DNA of 64,000 bases from Iphione sp. A-MEVVRFRX5 (taxonomy: Eukaryota): the NCBI GenBank assembly GCA_976226885.1, contig OZ320314.1, positions 90,024,001 to 90,088,000 on the forward strand, read 5' to 3'. The position numbers and the translations under genes were made by a program. The notes below the pieces were generated by a model that was given only the letters and a program-made list of their open reading frames with translations, ran no database searches and was not told where the DNA came from. Within the stretch, counting starts at the first letter, position 1; the number at the start of each line of letters is the position of its first letter. Below are positions 40,810 through 51,580 of this stretch, one piece after another.

Positions 40810-43800
40810 GATGATAATTTGTTGAGTTGCCTTGCTAGACATTTCACACTCACTTATGTTTTTCACACCTCTGTCAAGCTGTTCCATGGCTTACTGCCAC
40901 GGTGGCAAAAGGATCGAGCATACAAAGTACAGTGTCTCTTCGGTCGAAGACCACCTCTCTAAACAGACTACCTTCCTAACAAGAACACTTTTCATGAACG
41001 AAATTTTATTCATGCATATAAATACCCCTCTCTAATAAGACCACTCCCTATTCAGACCACTTGAAGTTAGCGAGGGGACACTGTAGTGTGAGGCCTCAAA
41101 ACAATAGCTCTTGTCCTACTGTCTCTTGTTCTTATTGATTCCTTTGACATTGCAGATTATCCTGCCAACATCAGTCTATGAATCAACAGAACTAGCTGTT
41201 GACCACTCTCTTCCAGAGAAGAGATGCTTAATGCTCTCCCAAGTGACAGGGAAGACTGCTTCAACAGCCACACTGGCCAACTTACTTATAATCAGCTTGT
41301 GGTTCACAATGTAAAAGGCTTTCAATATATCAATAAAATCTGTGCCTATGTGCTTATTTGAGTCATCAGCAGTGTAGATATTTTTCAATAGCTCTGAGGT
41401 GGCTGTTGTCCCCTTACCAGCCCTGTATCTATGTTGCTCTGGAACAAAGAAATCAAGAAATAGATTGAGCTGCTTACAAACCAACCTTTTAACTAATTGT
41501 CCCATTGGTGAAATAATGGCAATGGACTGATACTTCTGGATAGCTGAAGCCGATGTCTTCTTAGGGAGAGGGGTAACCCCAGGTACTTTCCACTAGTCAT
41601 GAGTCTCAATCCCCTTTTGGTGTAACATTTAATGCACCTTGAAAAAAGCCTGATGACAAAATATTCAGCCTTTGAGACAAACAACCTATTCAATCCATCT
41701 AGGACCTAGTCCTCTGCTACCCAGTAGCCATAAACTCTCACCCTCGCCTTTGGAATACTAGGAGATCTATGAAGCACATAGGTACTGATCATCTTGCAAT
41801 GATCTCTTGAATTCCTATAGGCTATTAATTTCTGTGCTATCAGATTTTTCTTGGCTTTATTCACAAGACACCTCTTATGTACCATATAGAATTTTCCAAA
41901 CTAAAGGTGGTCAATATCACCAGGCCTCCTAAATTTAGATAGAAAGAAGTTGTTGCTCCGCATATTTCTGAGATTAACTAATCAACTCCTATTTTCCCGG
42001 TCTTCATTTAAGGGGACACAAAAGTTTAGTAGCATTTCTAATACCATCCTCCAACAACGATCACCTTCCAGCAATGTCGCCCTCAAACCCTGTTACCCAT
42101 TCTCTGATGTTTTCTAGGTATTCTTCCAACCCAATAGGATTGCACTTGTGCCATGGCTAACCTAACCAAATGCACTTTTTGACAGTTTCATGTACTTTCT
42201 TGTTTAACATAAAAACTGGATGATGGCCTCTAACTAGAATATCAATTACACCTGCATGGGACACATGTGTCACATTAGAAAAAATCAGGTCCAATTAGCC
42301 CCACTAGTCTTATGGGTGATTGTGGGAACACTAATGTACTGATTCAAGTCACCTCTTCTACTTATATCCTCTAGATCATGCTTTAATCTATCTGCCCTTC
42401 ACTAATCAATATTCATGTCACCACCAAGAATAATATCTTTTTCTTAGAGAATTCTGAATATAAGACAAGCAATCACAAACAACATGAACTCTTACTGGAG
42501 GAACCACTTGCATGTTACCCAAAAAAGAGGCTTTCTATGCGGAGACAATAGTTTTTACCGATAGAATATTAAGCACACTCATTGACATGAAAATCATCAC
42601 ATATGTATGTCATAAGACCTCCTCCTCTCAATTTCCTGCAAGCCCGGCCTGTCCTGTCTGCATATCATATAAGCAGAAATATTGAATTCTTCATTATTAA
42701 TACATGGCCTCAGGTACGTCTCTGATATATAGCATGCTAGGGTTTCCTATTATCAGTAAGTCTCTTAACCTCATCTACTTGGGTGTTAATACAAGTTCCA
42801 GAAAATCTCTGCCTTTTATCTGAGTAATGGTTAGTATATAAATGAACTGTCAGGTTGATAAGGATGAGAAATTCCTTTATACTCATCTTACTACAAAAAA
42901 GCAATAACACAAAAGTATTTGTTGACATTGGTAAACAACAAACTTTCATAGGATGCACTCATTAAGTAGTCACATCACTTTGAAACAAGGAATATTTAAG
43001 CAACCTCCGGTCATACAGCAAAGCAACAATAACATGATTTTAATACTGTTACTAAACATCGTATCTGATAAACACCTGCTGCGTCAGTTGTACAACGGAG
43101 AACTGCATCAGGTAAAATATATCCAAAAAGGCCAAGGGTCCATATCTGGCATGTCCTCATGATAGTCTCAATGGGGAAATGCCGGTATGTTGCAGCTTTA
43201 AAATAAAAACAAAAAATTCAACTTAAAAACAAAGGCAATAATCCTTTAGTCATGAGATGTCCCTCCTTACGGCTTCTCTGATCGTCTCTAATGCTGCTCT
43301 GAATATATTTCTCCCAGGCCACTCACAACTAACAACTTTTGGGTTATGGAGGTTGCAGCTGGCTCCGAAGTACATATCCTGGGACCCATCAGCAATGTTT
43401 TTTGACACCATAGGTAACCATGCCTCTTGAAGTTGTCGCACTGGGAACTTTTTCTCATCAAAATTTCAATCAACAGCTGTTTCCTGCCTTCTGCTACTGA
43501 ACAAACTCTAAAGGAACCTCCTCTGAGAGAGAGTCGAGGTCATCAGTTGTGTAGCTGTTTCCATCAATCTACAGGTGCAAACGCCTCAGAGAGGCTTGTT
43601 TTCCTTTCCGCCTCACTTCAGCAGAAATGAAGTATAGCAATCAATGCGTGGACTGGTACTTTGTGGGTATATCCTCCCTCAACAAGTTGCTTTAATCCCC
43701 TTCACTCTACATAGCCCTGGATACTTCTTGTACATCTGATCCTCAGTTGGTATTGTGTGGAAGGAAATGAGAATTGGCCCGGGTCTCCTTTTTGTTGTTA

Positions 43801-44420
43801 ACCAATTTCCCTATTAATGAGCGGTATAAACCTCAAGAGATCATCATCTAAGTCTTCAGGCAACCGATCGGTGACTAAATTTGTGTATCAAGACTATATG
43901 TTGGCCAATAGCAGCGACTTTTCAATGATCTTGCTTCAAGATCAATCTTGTTCACCCGCAACACTGTCTCTGTTAAGTGATATCTTTCAGCACATCCACA
44001 TCCACCTTAGTCTGGTGCAGCACTTCCTCAGATGAGGATGTCATTTCTCCCATGTTCTTTTCAAGGTCAATCACTTTCTTATGTAGCTTCTCATTCTCTT
44101 AATAAAACTGATTGACTTCATCCCGAAAATCAATAATCTTTTGACTTGTCTCAGCACCAGCTTTTCCTGCCTCCTCCATTGACTTTCCCGTCTCCAGGAG
44201 TTAATTATGTAACTAGTCTAAGGTAAGCTCCTTCCCTTGAGGGGTTGTTTGACTGGACTGAGGTGCATTTTTCTCCTGCACCATGGGTACGAGTGTGGGT
44301 GAAATTCCATGCAGCAATGCAGAATGCAACCACGTTCTACCGAATACTACAGCGTCTTTTCTCCTCAAATCCAGGAGTTTGCTTGCTTTATCCTGATACA
44401 TTTCTTCTAGAAAGTCACTA
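40810..44420 (-). mobile_element. Degraded CR1/L2-type LINE (ORF1 remnant, APE endonuclease, partial RT, ORF2 C-terminus)
   Basis: ORF1-like coiled coil plus RPGPILISF / IDGNSY (about 43550-44200). Endonuclease motifs ISETYL..RQDR and IILGGDMNID..LNQYISVPT (about 42300-42720). RT LVCKQLNLFL..QHRYRAG..FIDILKAFYIVNHKLIISKL (41176-41505). C-terminal YARSFCHRGSKPWNSL (about 40870-40925). Many stops, frameshifts and an internal RT deletion. Confidence 0.8.
40930..41083. mobile_element. Tc1/mariner-pogo-like MITE (154 bp) nested in the LINE
   Basis: TIRs CAGTGTCTCTTCG / CGAGGGGACACTG (11/13), TA on both flanks, internal AGACCAC-type repeats. Confidence 0.7.
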
Positions 44421-45570
44421 TGACTAGTTACATGAGCAGTTTGAGTACATGTATATAGTATTGATAGTAACACCATTACAGTGAATATAAAAGTTGAGCA
44501 CTAGGTAGTTCACTTCACTATATGTGCATATAGCAGCACTAGAACTAAAGGTACATGCATATAGCTGTGTTACTTCGTGGTTCCTGTCTTTCTCTCCAGA
44601 GGGCAGGAGCACAAGGTAGTATGTGCATTTGACTGTGCAAATACAGTCTAACATCACCCAGATAGAAGGCCAAATACAGGCCTATTCCAAGGAACCACTG
44701 GAACATCGGTGCATCACTGTCATGACAACCTCCCACATGTGGATACCTTGTATCAAGCCTGCTTTTTTCACTTGTTATTCCCTTTTTGATGAGCATAATA
44801 GGGGCGCTCTCTCTACTTAAAGGCCTGCCATGTTCATGCTTTATACAACATTATAACTTGTTTTCTAAAGACAACTGCTTGATTCTTTATAAGTATCACG
44901 GTAAATTTGATATTTGTCCATGTGTGAAGATATAATATTATAGGTCCTCAGAATAATTTGTTCAGAAGGAAAGGTGCCACACTAGGGCAGACCATACCAT
45001 TCTTTAGTACAAGGTAGTAAACATGTCTTTGATCCGCTAGGGAAATCATTGGTATTAGCAGATATTAAGAGATGAGAAGACCGTGGTGGACAAATGATGG
45101 TAAAAGCAGAAGAGAGATTGCCCCATCTCCCCAAAGTGAGCCCTATTGACAAAACAAAGCTATAAATAGACGTGCAAGAACTGGCGCCACTGACGACTGC
45201 AGGACAGCCAAAGGACCTGACGCCTGGTGGGCCACAAAGCAAATATACATGCACGCACGCAAAGAGGTGGCACGTGGGGACGTCATCCAAAACACGCTCA
45301 TGTGAATGCAAGGTGCAGACTTGTTTATGCAGTGAGGAAGAAGATTAAAGTTAGCTTACATGAATATCAATTGTTGTTATTGTGGGAACTGCCAGTGTTA
45401 ATAGGAGCGCTTGTTGAGAGGGAGAAAGAAGTTCTGACCATTAGGATCCGTACGAGAAGAAACAGGGTATGGTAGAGTTCTAGCATTAGTGGAATAATAA
45501 TTGTTCCATGCGCAAACAATATCCTTGATATCGGACTAAAGAGTTTGTCATTGTAAAGTGCAAATGAATA

Positions 45571-45659
45571 CGTCCCCGGTGGGACTCGAACCCACAGCCT
45601 CCGGATTTCTTTCTGCCTGCTATAGAAGTCCGACGCGCTATCCATTGCGCCACGGAGAC
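45571..45659 (-). tRNA. tRNA-Arg (anticodon UCU) with a 16-nt intron (45607-45622)
   Basis: Reverse complement GTCTCCG TGGCGCAATGGATAGCGCG TCGGA CTTCTA [TAGCAGGCAGAAAGAA] A TCCGG AGGC TGTGG GTTCGAG TCCCA CCGGGGAC G. The cloverleaf pairs, A and B boxes are present, and the intron is at the canonical 37/38 position. Mature length 73 nt. Confidence 0.93.
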
Positions 45660-47336
45660 CTACTTGCGTCCAAAGCGCACTCTACAGAAACTGTTTTAGT
45701 TGGAAACAAACTGTCTATCCCATTTAATAATCATCTTTGAAATAAATGAAAGATTTCTCTCAAAACTGTCCTCATTGCGGTCTGCTCTCAAAATAGTTCC
45801 GTTGTGCTTATGGGAATACAGTCTTCCTATTGCGTCAGGATAATTATTAACCTATTTCTCTTTGCATCAAACTCGTGTATGCAAAGGAAACGTGTCATTA
45901 TTTGATTCAGGTCACGATTTTCATGGGACGTAACTGAACTTCAACCTTAAAACTGAAAGCAGGCCATCGTGCAGATGGACCTATGTATTAATACGCTACA
46001 GTTCAGATATCATCTCAAACTTTGGTAAGGAAACATTGACGGAATCCGACATGAGTGAAAAGGATAGTAACTTTACATTTCATCAAAATGTAGGTTTTAT
46101 CATTCACCCATTTTTAATAAGTTCTAGTTATGAATGGTATACGTTTATGCATTATGGTGCATTACTATAGGGTAATGCGCCCACAAATTAACCATTGACA
46201 TTGATATGGAAGAGTACATAATACAGACCATTGAAACACTAAAGGCAGGGTGTGCTAGGTAAAGGACAAGCTCTGTCAAGAGTTAAGTCTTACACAAAGA
46301 TACACAAATAGGATCGATCTATTTATAGTCTAAATTCACCAGGCGGACAGATCCGGCAACATCCACACTCTTGTATAACCGAAGTACGTAGGCGGTACTG
46401 CTTGATATGAATTATTGCAAAACCTCTAATATAACACGATGATCATCCAAGTTATCTTGCCGATGAAAAATGAAACGTCGAAACCTTCGACGTTTCACTG
46501 GGGCATCTATTTTGAATGTGAATATTTCTCCGGCTTCCATGAATGTGTATTTCACCAGCTTCCATGGAAGAAAGGCAGGAAATTACATATATATTCAGTT
46601 CTATAATAATAGCACTAACAGTAACCATGTTCACTTCAAATATCAGATAGCAAAACTACATTTCTACTGTAAAAAGTAAATGTAAGTATTATAAGGCTGG
46701 CGCAGTTAAAACGTAAAGTGGAGACTTGTTTTCTGAGAACTGCAGTTATTATGTCTATGGTAGGACTTCACAATATAACAATGGATGGACTCTAAAGTTT
46801 ATATCATGAAGGTCATTATAATAACAGTAGCAACTCAGATCATCAGAAGACCATCTATGACACCAGACAATTTTGCCCTTGATTGCAGGTTGCGCTCTAA
46901 CCTGACTCGGTGAATATTATAGGAAAGATACCAATGGAACCAGGGCTGCCATCCTTGTTGAGCATTTGCTTGCGATTGGAAACACAGAGTGATTAGATAA
47001 TCGCCGATTAATGTCGTTCGCCATAACTTATTTATAAAAACGCATCATAACCCATTATAAATGGGTAGAGAAAAGGACAGACAGAAGCAGTGCAGAGACT
47101 GACATAGAGAGGCAGAAATGATATCGTGCAGTCAGATAAGTCATGAAAGAGTGAAGAAAAGAAAGAAGGGCTTGTTTACAATTACTTAGCTATATACTAA
47201 ATTTAAACAAAAAAAGGCTTTCAGACAATTTGTTACATATTTTTCCAAAAGCTTCTTCCACAGCGAAATACTAGTGTGTCACTACGTTATTGTAAATGTG
47301 AGTTATGCTTGCTTCAATAAGGGCACATGAACACAG

Positions 47337-47789
47337 TGTAGCGTTTCGGTGTTTGGTATGAACAAAATGTGCATTGAGAGTGTTTCTCCGAAAGGGTCCT
47401 CGGAGGATAATCCTCCGAAATAGCCACCGGTGGCATGGGGTGGGAAGAACATTCTGGAAACTCCCCTAGGAGGGAGTACGTGTGTACTGAGCATAGCTCA
47501 GAAGGTTCTAGAAAGGATCTCTCCAGAAGGATCTTGGAGAGAAAGGTAGTATGTGGAGTAGAAGGTTCTAGAAGCACCCCTCCAGAAAGATCTCTGGGGG
47601 AGGGTGTTACTATTTTTAAGGCTGTACCATGGCTAATTTTAGAGCCAGACTCTGTATATAAGGGCACTGATTTCCTGAATAAAGACAGTTCTCATCCGGA
47701 CTTGGAAGTGAGAGCAACAAACGCATATTCTGTGTGGAAGTTCTTTATTTCGCGAAGCCATCCGGCCTGACGACGACCGACACGTTACA
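47337..47789 (+). mobile_element. Solo LTR (453 bp), probably Gypsy-type
   Basis: Starts TGTAGCGT and ends ACGTTACA (7/8 inverted match). 4-bp TSD ACAG at 47333-47336 and 47790-47793. TATATAA at 47655 and AATAAA at 47678. Internal GAAGGTTCTAGAA direct repeat. Confidence 0.8.
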
Positions 47790-49925
47790 ACAGCATTCTT
47801 CATGTTATTTTGTAACCTTTACTAGGTATAACACTGCTTGTAGCACCAGAACTGACTGCATTCACACGATACTATGTATCTTCTATGGTACCATGCAATT
47901 GGCCAAAAACATTCTATTTGCCTATAACTAGCTACATTGTTCGATGCTTCGTTTTTTTTGGTTAAGCATGTGTTAGTTACATGACCCTTTCCTTTAGTCT
48001 AAATATATAAGCCCGGGAAAGGAATACAATCAAGAAATGGAAATAATATCAGATACAGTTCACTCTTAGAAATGTGCCCGCCGCATCTAATATAGTGATA
48101 TAGAAATATCTCATGGAGCAGACCATCCTTATTTTAACGCTCTCTTGGGGAACAGTGCATTATTGCACTCCATGGTATGGGCGAATAGTGCAATCAAGCA
48201 CGAGACAAATGATTCAAAAAAAGGTATGAAAATAAATAAATCATTCACTTGCCTTTTTTCACGTGAAGATTTCAAAGAGATCTTACATGAGCCAGAAATA
48301 GTGCTGAATACAATATATATACATGTAAATAAATAAAAATTTAAAGATATTGATACATCCGTATAATGACTCGCTCGCCGCTAGGACAGTCATACCTTCC
48401 CAACATTCAGCCTTTAGACATATGCATGAATCTATAAAAAGGCGCCGCAAAAAAGTTAAGGGCGATCATTACGTGGTATTAGTGGTCATTGCATTGGAGA
48501 GTATGTTTCTAAATATGGACGAAGGATGAGAAGTAAACATTAGCTTTGCTTTCGTTCAAGTAACAAGAAAAGTATACTGACTCAAAGAGAAATGAACTTT
48601 GGACTTCTCCCCGCCTATTTCGTCTTGTAGCAAGCTGTAGCGATGAGACGCACCACATAATTTGGAGCGGGAAGCCTCTGAAAGGCAGCCAGGCAGCTAG
48701 AGGCTAAGATTCCGTTTGAAGAGGGATTTACAACAGGATTGCTATAGCATCTCAGATGGAAATGAATCATTCTCCTTAAAGACGACGGACAGTGCCTCAG
48801 CAAGGCAGGCTCCAAATTGACAAGAAAATTAAGGGGCTGTCTATCCCAGCCCCCTAATCTCTACTTCTTTGTACTTGCCTTTACATTCATTTCTCGGTCA
48901 GGATTTGGCCCCACACCGGTCTGTTTTGTACTGTCCGTTGGTTTGCTTTACTGACGTTTATCGCTGAGTTCTTTTCTGGTTTCTTAATCGAAGTAAATAC
49001 ACCTTTTCCATGTTGTATGCTACCCTAAGTAATGCAATAATTTACAACCTACTGATCAGGAGACCACGTTTTAGGATTTAGAAAAATGATAGAAAGCTCA
49101 GCAGTACACGAACGGACCAGTTCAGTGCTCCAAGAGTGGTAGGCGACTGTATTTTTTACCTTTGTTGAGACGCGTGCATGGATGCAGTAGCAGTGGGTTT
49201 GAGAGCCTTCTGATAGATCGTAATGTCGTAACAAATAAATCATTCAACCAACATATCAAATAGACCGATTTGAAACGAAGACAAAACCTGTGTATAAATG
49301 TATGTATTGTTCAACAGGACTTACAGTTTCAATAGTTCCAAGTGTGTTAACACACACACCTTCGTGTGGTACAGCAGCGGTTTTTGTACGTGCCATGACG
49401 TCGTGTCCAAAACAAATTCATTATTCTCTGGTTGCTATTTTTTTTACTTAGTATAAATAGGGGTTATCTACCCTCCTTAGATCATACGTGACCATGAAAC
49501 ACGTCAGACAGCATGTTCTGAGAGTTTCGTGCCTTTCTAATCAATGAAAGTCCCTAGACGGATTTCATCTTTACATCCAACTCTGTTGGTTCATAATATT
49601 ATAAAAATATGATAATGTTTTAACAAATCACATTGAAGCTGTCACAGACATTACACAGTAAAGGCATTGCCTACAAAAGACTCCAAAACACCAAAAACAC
49701 CAAATACACCAAAAGTATTACGGAATGAACACGGTTATATCATAAACATCAGCTTATACCACCTATCTCAGCAGCTATCAATCACTCATCTCTAAATACT
49801 TCACCATGTACAATAAATAAAGTAGTTCATAGATATCATCATCTCATTATCAATACTGTATGCAATAATCAAAATGTGTGTACTGGAAGCCAAATACAAA
49901 ATGTATGTACAAATCCAGTGCAAAT

Positions 49926-50138
49926 ATATCACTTAATAAGCAGACCAGATGAATGCGAAATAACGACAACACATACATAAATACAATTGGGCAGATACAT
50001 TTTAATTCTGAGCAAATAAACATATGGCCTCTTGAGGCTGGTGTATGTGATTGTCTCTGGAGACAGGGATAACCAATGTGTCCATAGAGCATAATGACAT
50101 AATAATGACACAAGTACATTAGAATATACATTATAAAG
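49926..50138. repeat. Split direct repeat B2 (3' end of the Ngaro element)
   Basis: 213 bp, identical by eye to 50371-50583. Confidence 0.95.
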
Positions 50139-50245
50139 CACAATACAACGAAAACACAAATTGAAAGAGGACAAATCAAATACAACTGAACAAAATATAT
50201 ATAGTGTGAGCCTAAGGCACAAATGCCATGGGCGGGCGGGTGCGG

Positions 50246-50583
50246 CCAACACGACAGCGAATGGTCAAACGACTAATCTAAATATAGCGCCCAAGGCGCC
50301 ACAGTAGTACAACAGAGGGCATCGTGGTCTGCAGACGTAATATCATGCGATCCCCTAGCGGATAGCTTACATATCACTTAATAAGCAGACCAGATGAATG
50401 CGAAATAACGACAACACATACATAAATACAATTGGGCAGATACATTTTAATTCTGAGCAAATAAACATATGGCCTCTTGAGGCTGGTGTATGTGATTGTC
50501 TCTGGAGACAGGGATAACCAATGTGTCCATAGAGCATAATGACATAATAATGACACAAGTACATTAGAATATACATTATAAAG
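50246..50583. repeat. Internal A2/B1 repeat junction of the Ngaro element
   Basis: A2 (50246-50370) is directly joined to B1 (50371-50583) through ...GGATAGCTTAC-A-TATCACTT..., reproducing a fusion of the two element ends. Confidence 0.95.
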
Positions 50584-50603
50584 GACCATGGGCCAAAGGC
50601 ATG

Positions 50604-51494
50604 TTACGCCGAGGTAAGGAGGGACTTAATTTTGGATGCTGCCTTCCTACTCGAAATGGCCGAACTCGTGTATGCTAGGGAAGAAGGGAGAGCCTTCCAA
50701 GTGCCTTGGGACATGATTTGAGTATCAGATGCGTCAGCCTCCTGTAGGGCCTGGGCCCCACCTCTACGGAAACTGTGGAGGGTATAGGCTTGAGGTGAAT
50801 AACCCAGGTGGGAGAGGATAGACCTTAGGACCTTAGTCAGTCGCTGAGCAGGGAATGGTGATTTATTGAGCGGATCAATAAAGAGAGGCTGTAGTTGGTC
50901 AATGGTTGGAATGATACGAAACATCTGATGCATCAGAGTGACTGGGCATATATCATTGTCGAGGCGAGGCAAATGAATTGTACGTGGACTTGATTGCTTG
51001 ATGGTTTTTGACCATTTGAGGACCAGAGTGATGCCAATGGCACTAAATGTGATGTCCCCTCTCGTGATCTGTTTGAAAGGGTCAAATGATGATGGAGATT
51101 TGGCACATAGATTACTCTGCCTGACTAATGAAAAGAAGAGGAAAGAAAACAGTGATTTGAGGCAGATGCCCAGATGGCCCAGTCCATCACAATACATGAC
51201 GATCTTACGCAGGAGGTCGAGCGTGATTGGGGACTTCTGCGTTGGGACGTGGGGAGATGATAGTCTAACTGCTTTGAGGGCACCTGTGACCTTAGATGAC
51301 CTAATGGAGGAAAGGTCAAAGTCACACTGGTCAAGTAGAAAGGAAAGAGATGAAACATATTGAGAAACCACAGGGGGGGTGTAGGATAACTGTACCAGAT
51401 ATTCGATATAGACGAGTATGTGGTATACTTGGAGACGCTTGATGTCCATGGAGTAATGATGGAAAAATGCAATTGCCAGGGCAGCCTGTTGCAT
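50604..51494 (-). CDS. Retrotransposon ORF3, tyrosine recombinase (296 aa from the first ATG; the frame stays open upstream to about 51644)
   Basis: Catalytic residues in order: R (LVRQSNL), K (WSKT), HxxR (HSFRRGG), W (GTW), Y (SLAY). Confidence 0.93.
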   Translation of the reverse strand: MQQAALAIAFFHHYSMDIKRLQVYHILVYIEYLVQLSYTPPVVSQYVSSLSFLLDQCDFDLSSIRSSKVTGALKAVRLSSPHVPTQKSPITLDLLRKIVMYCDGLGHLGICLKSLFSFLFFSLVRQSNLCAKSPSSFDPFKQITRGDITFSAIGITLVLKWSKTIKQSSPRTIHLPRLDNDICPVTLMHQMFRIIPTIDQLQPLFIDPLNKSPFPAQRLTKVLRSILSHLGYSPQAYTLHSFRRGGAQALQEADASDTQIMSQGTWKALPSSLAYTSSAISSRKAASKIKSLLTSA

Positions 51495-51580
51495 GCGTCT
51501 GGAGTTCGTTCTGGGGGTGACGGACTGGAACTGCCTGCTGTGGGCTGAGGTGAGCCATGATGAAAGGTGAGGGTCTGAAA

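Noticed and set aside
44557-44615. MHIAVLLRGSCLSLQRAGAQ plus a GTAGT donor as the nAChR signal-peptide exon
   Set aside because: Weak hydrophobic core, weak donor, and its phase 1 does not match the preferred acceptor at 54734.
49850-50589. Duplicated hydrophobic ORFs on the minus strand
   Set aside because: Chance ORFs in the T-rich strand of the B repeats; the duplication reflects B1/B2.
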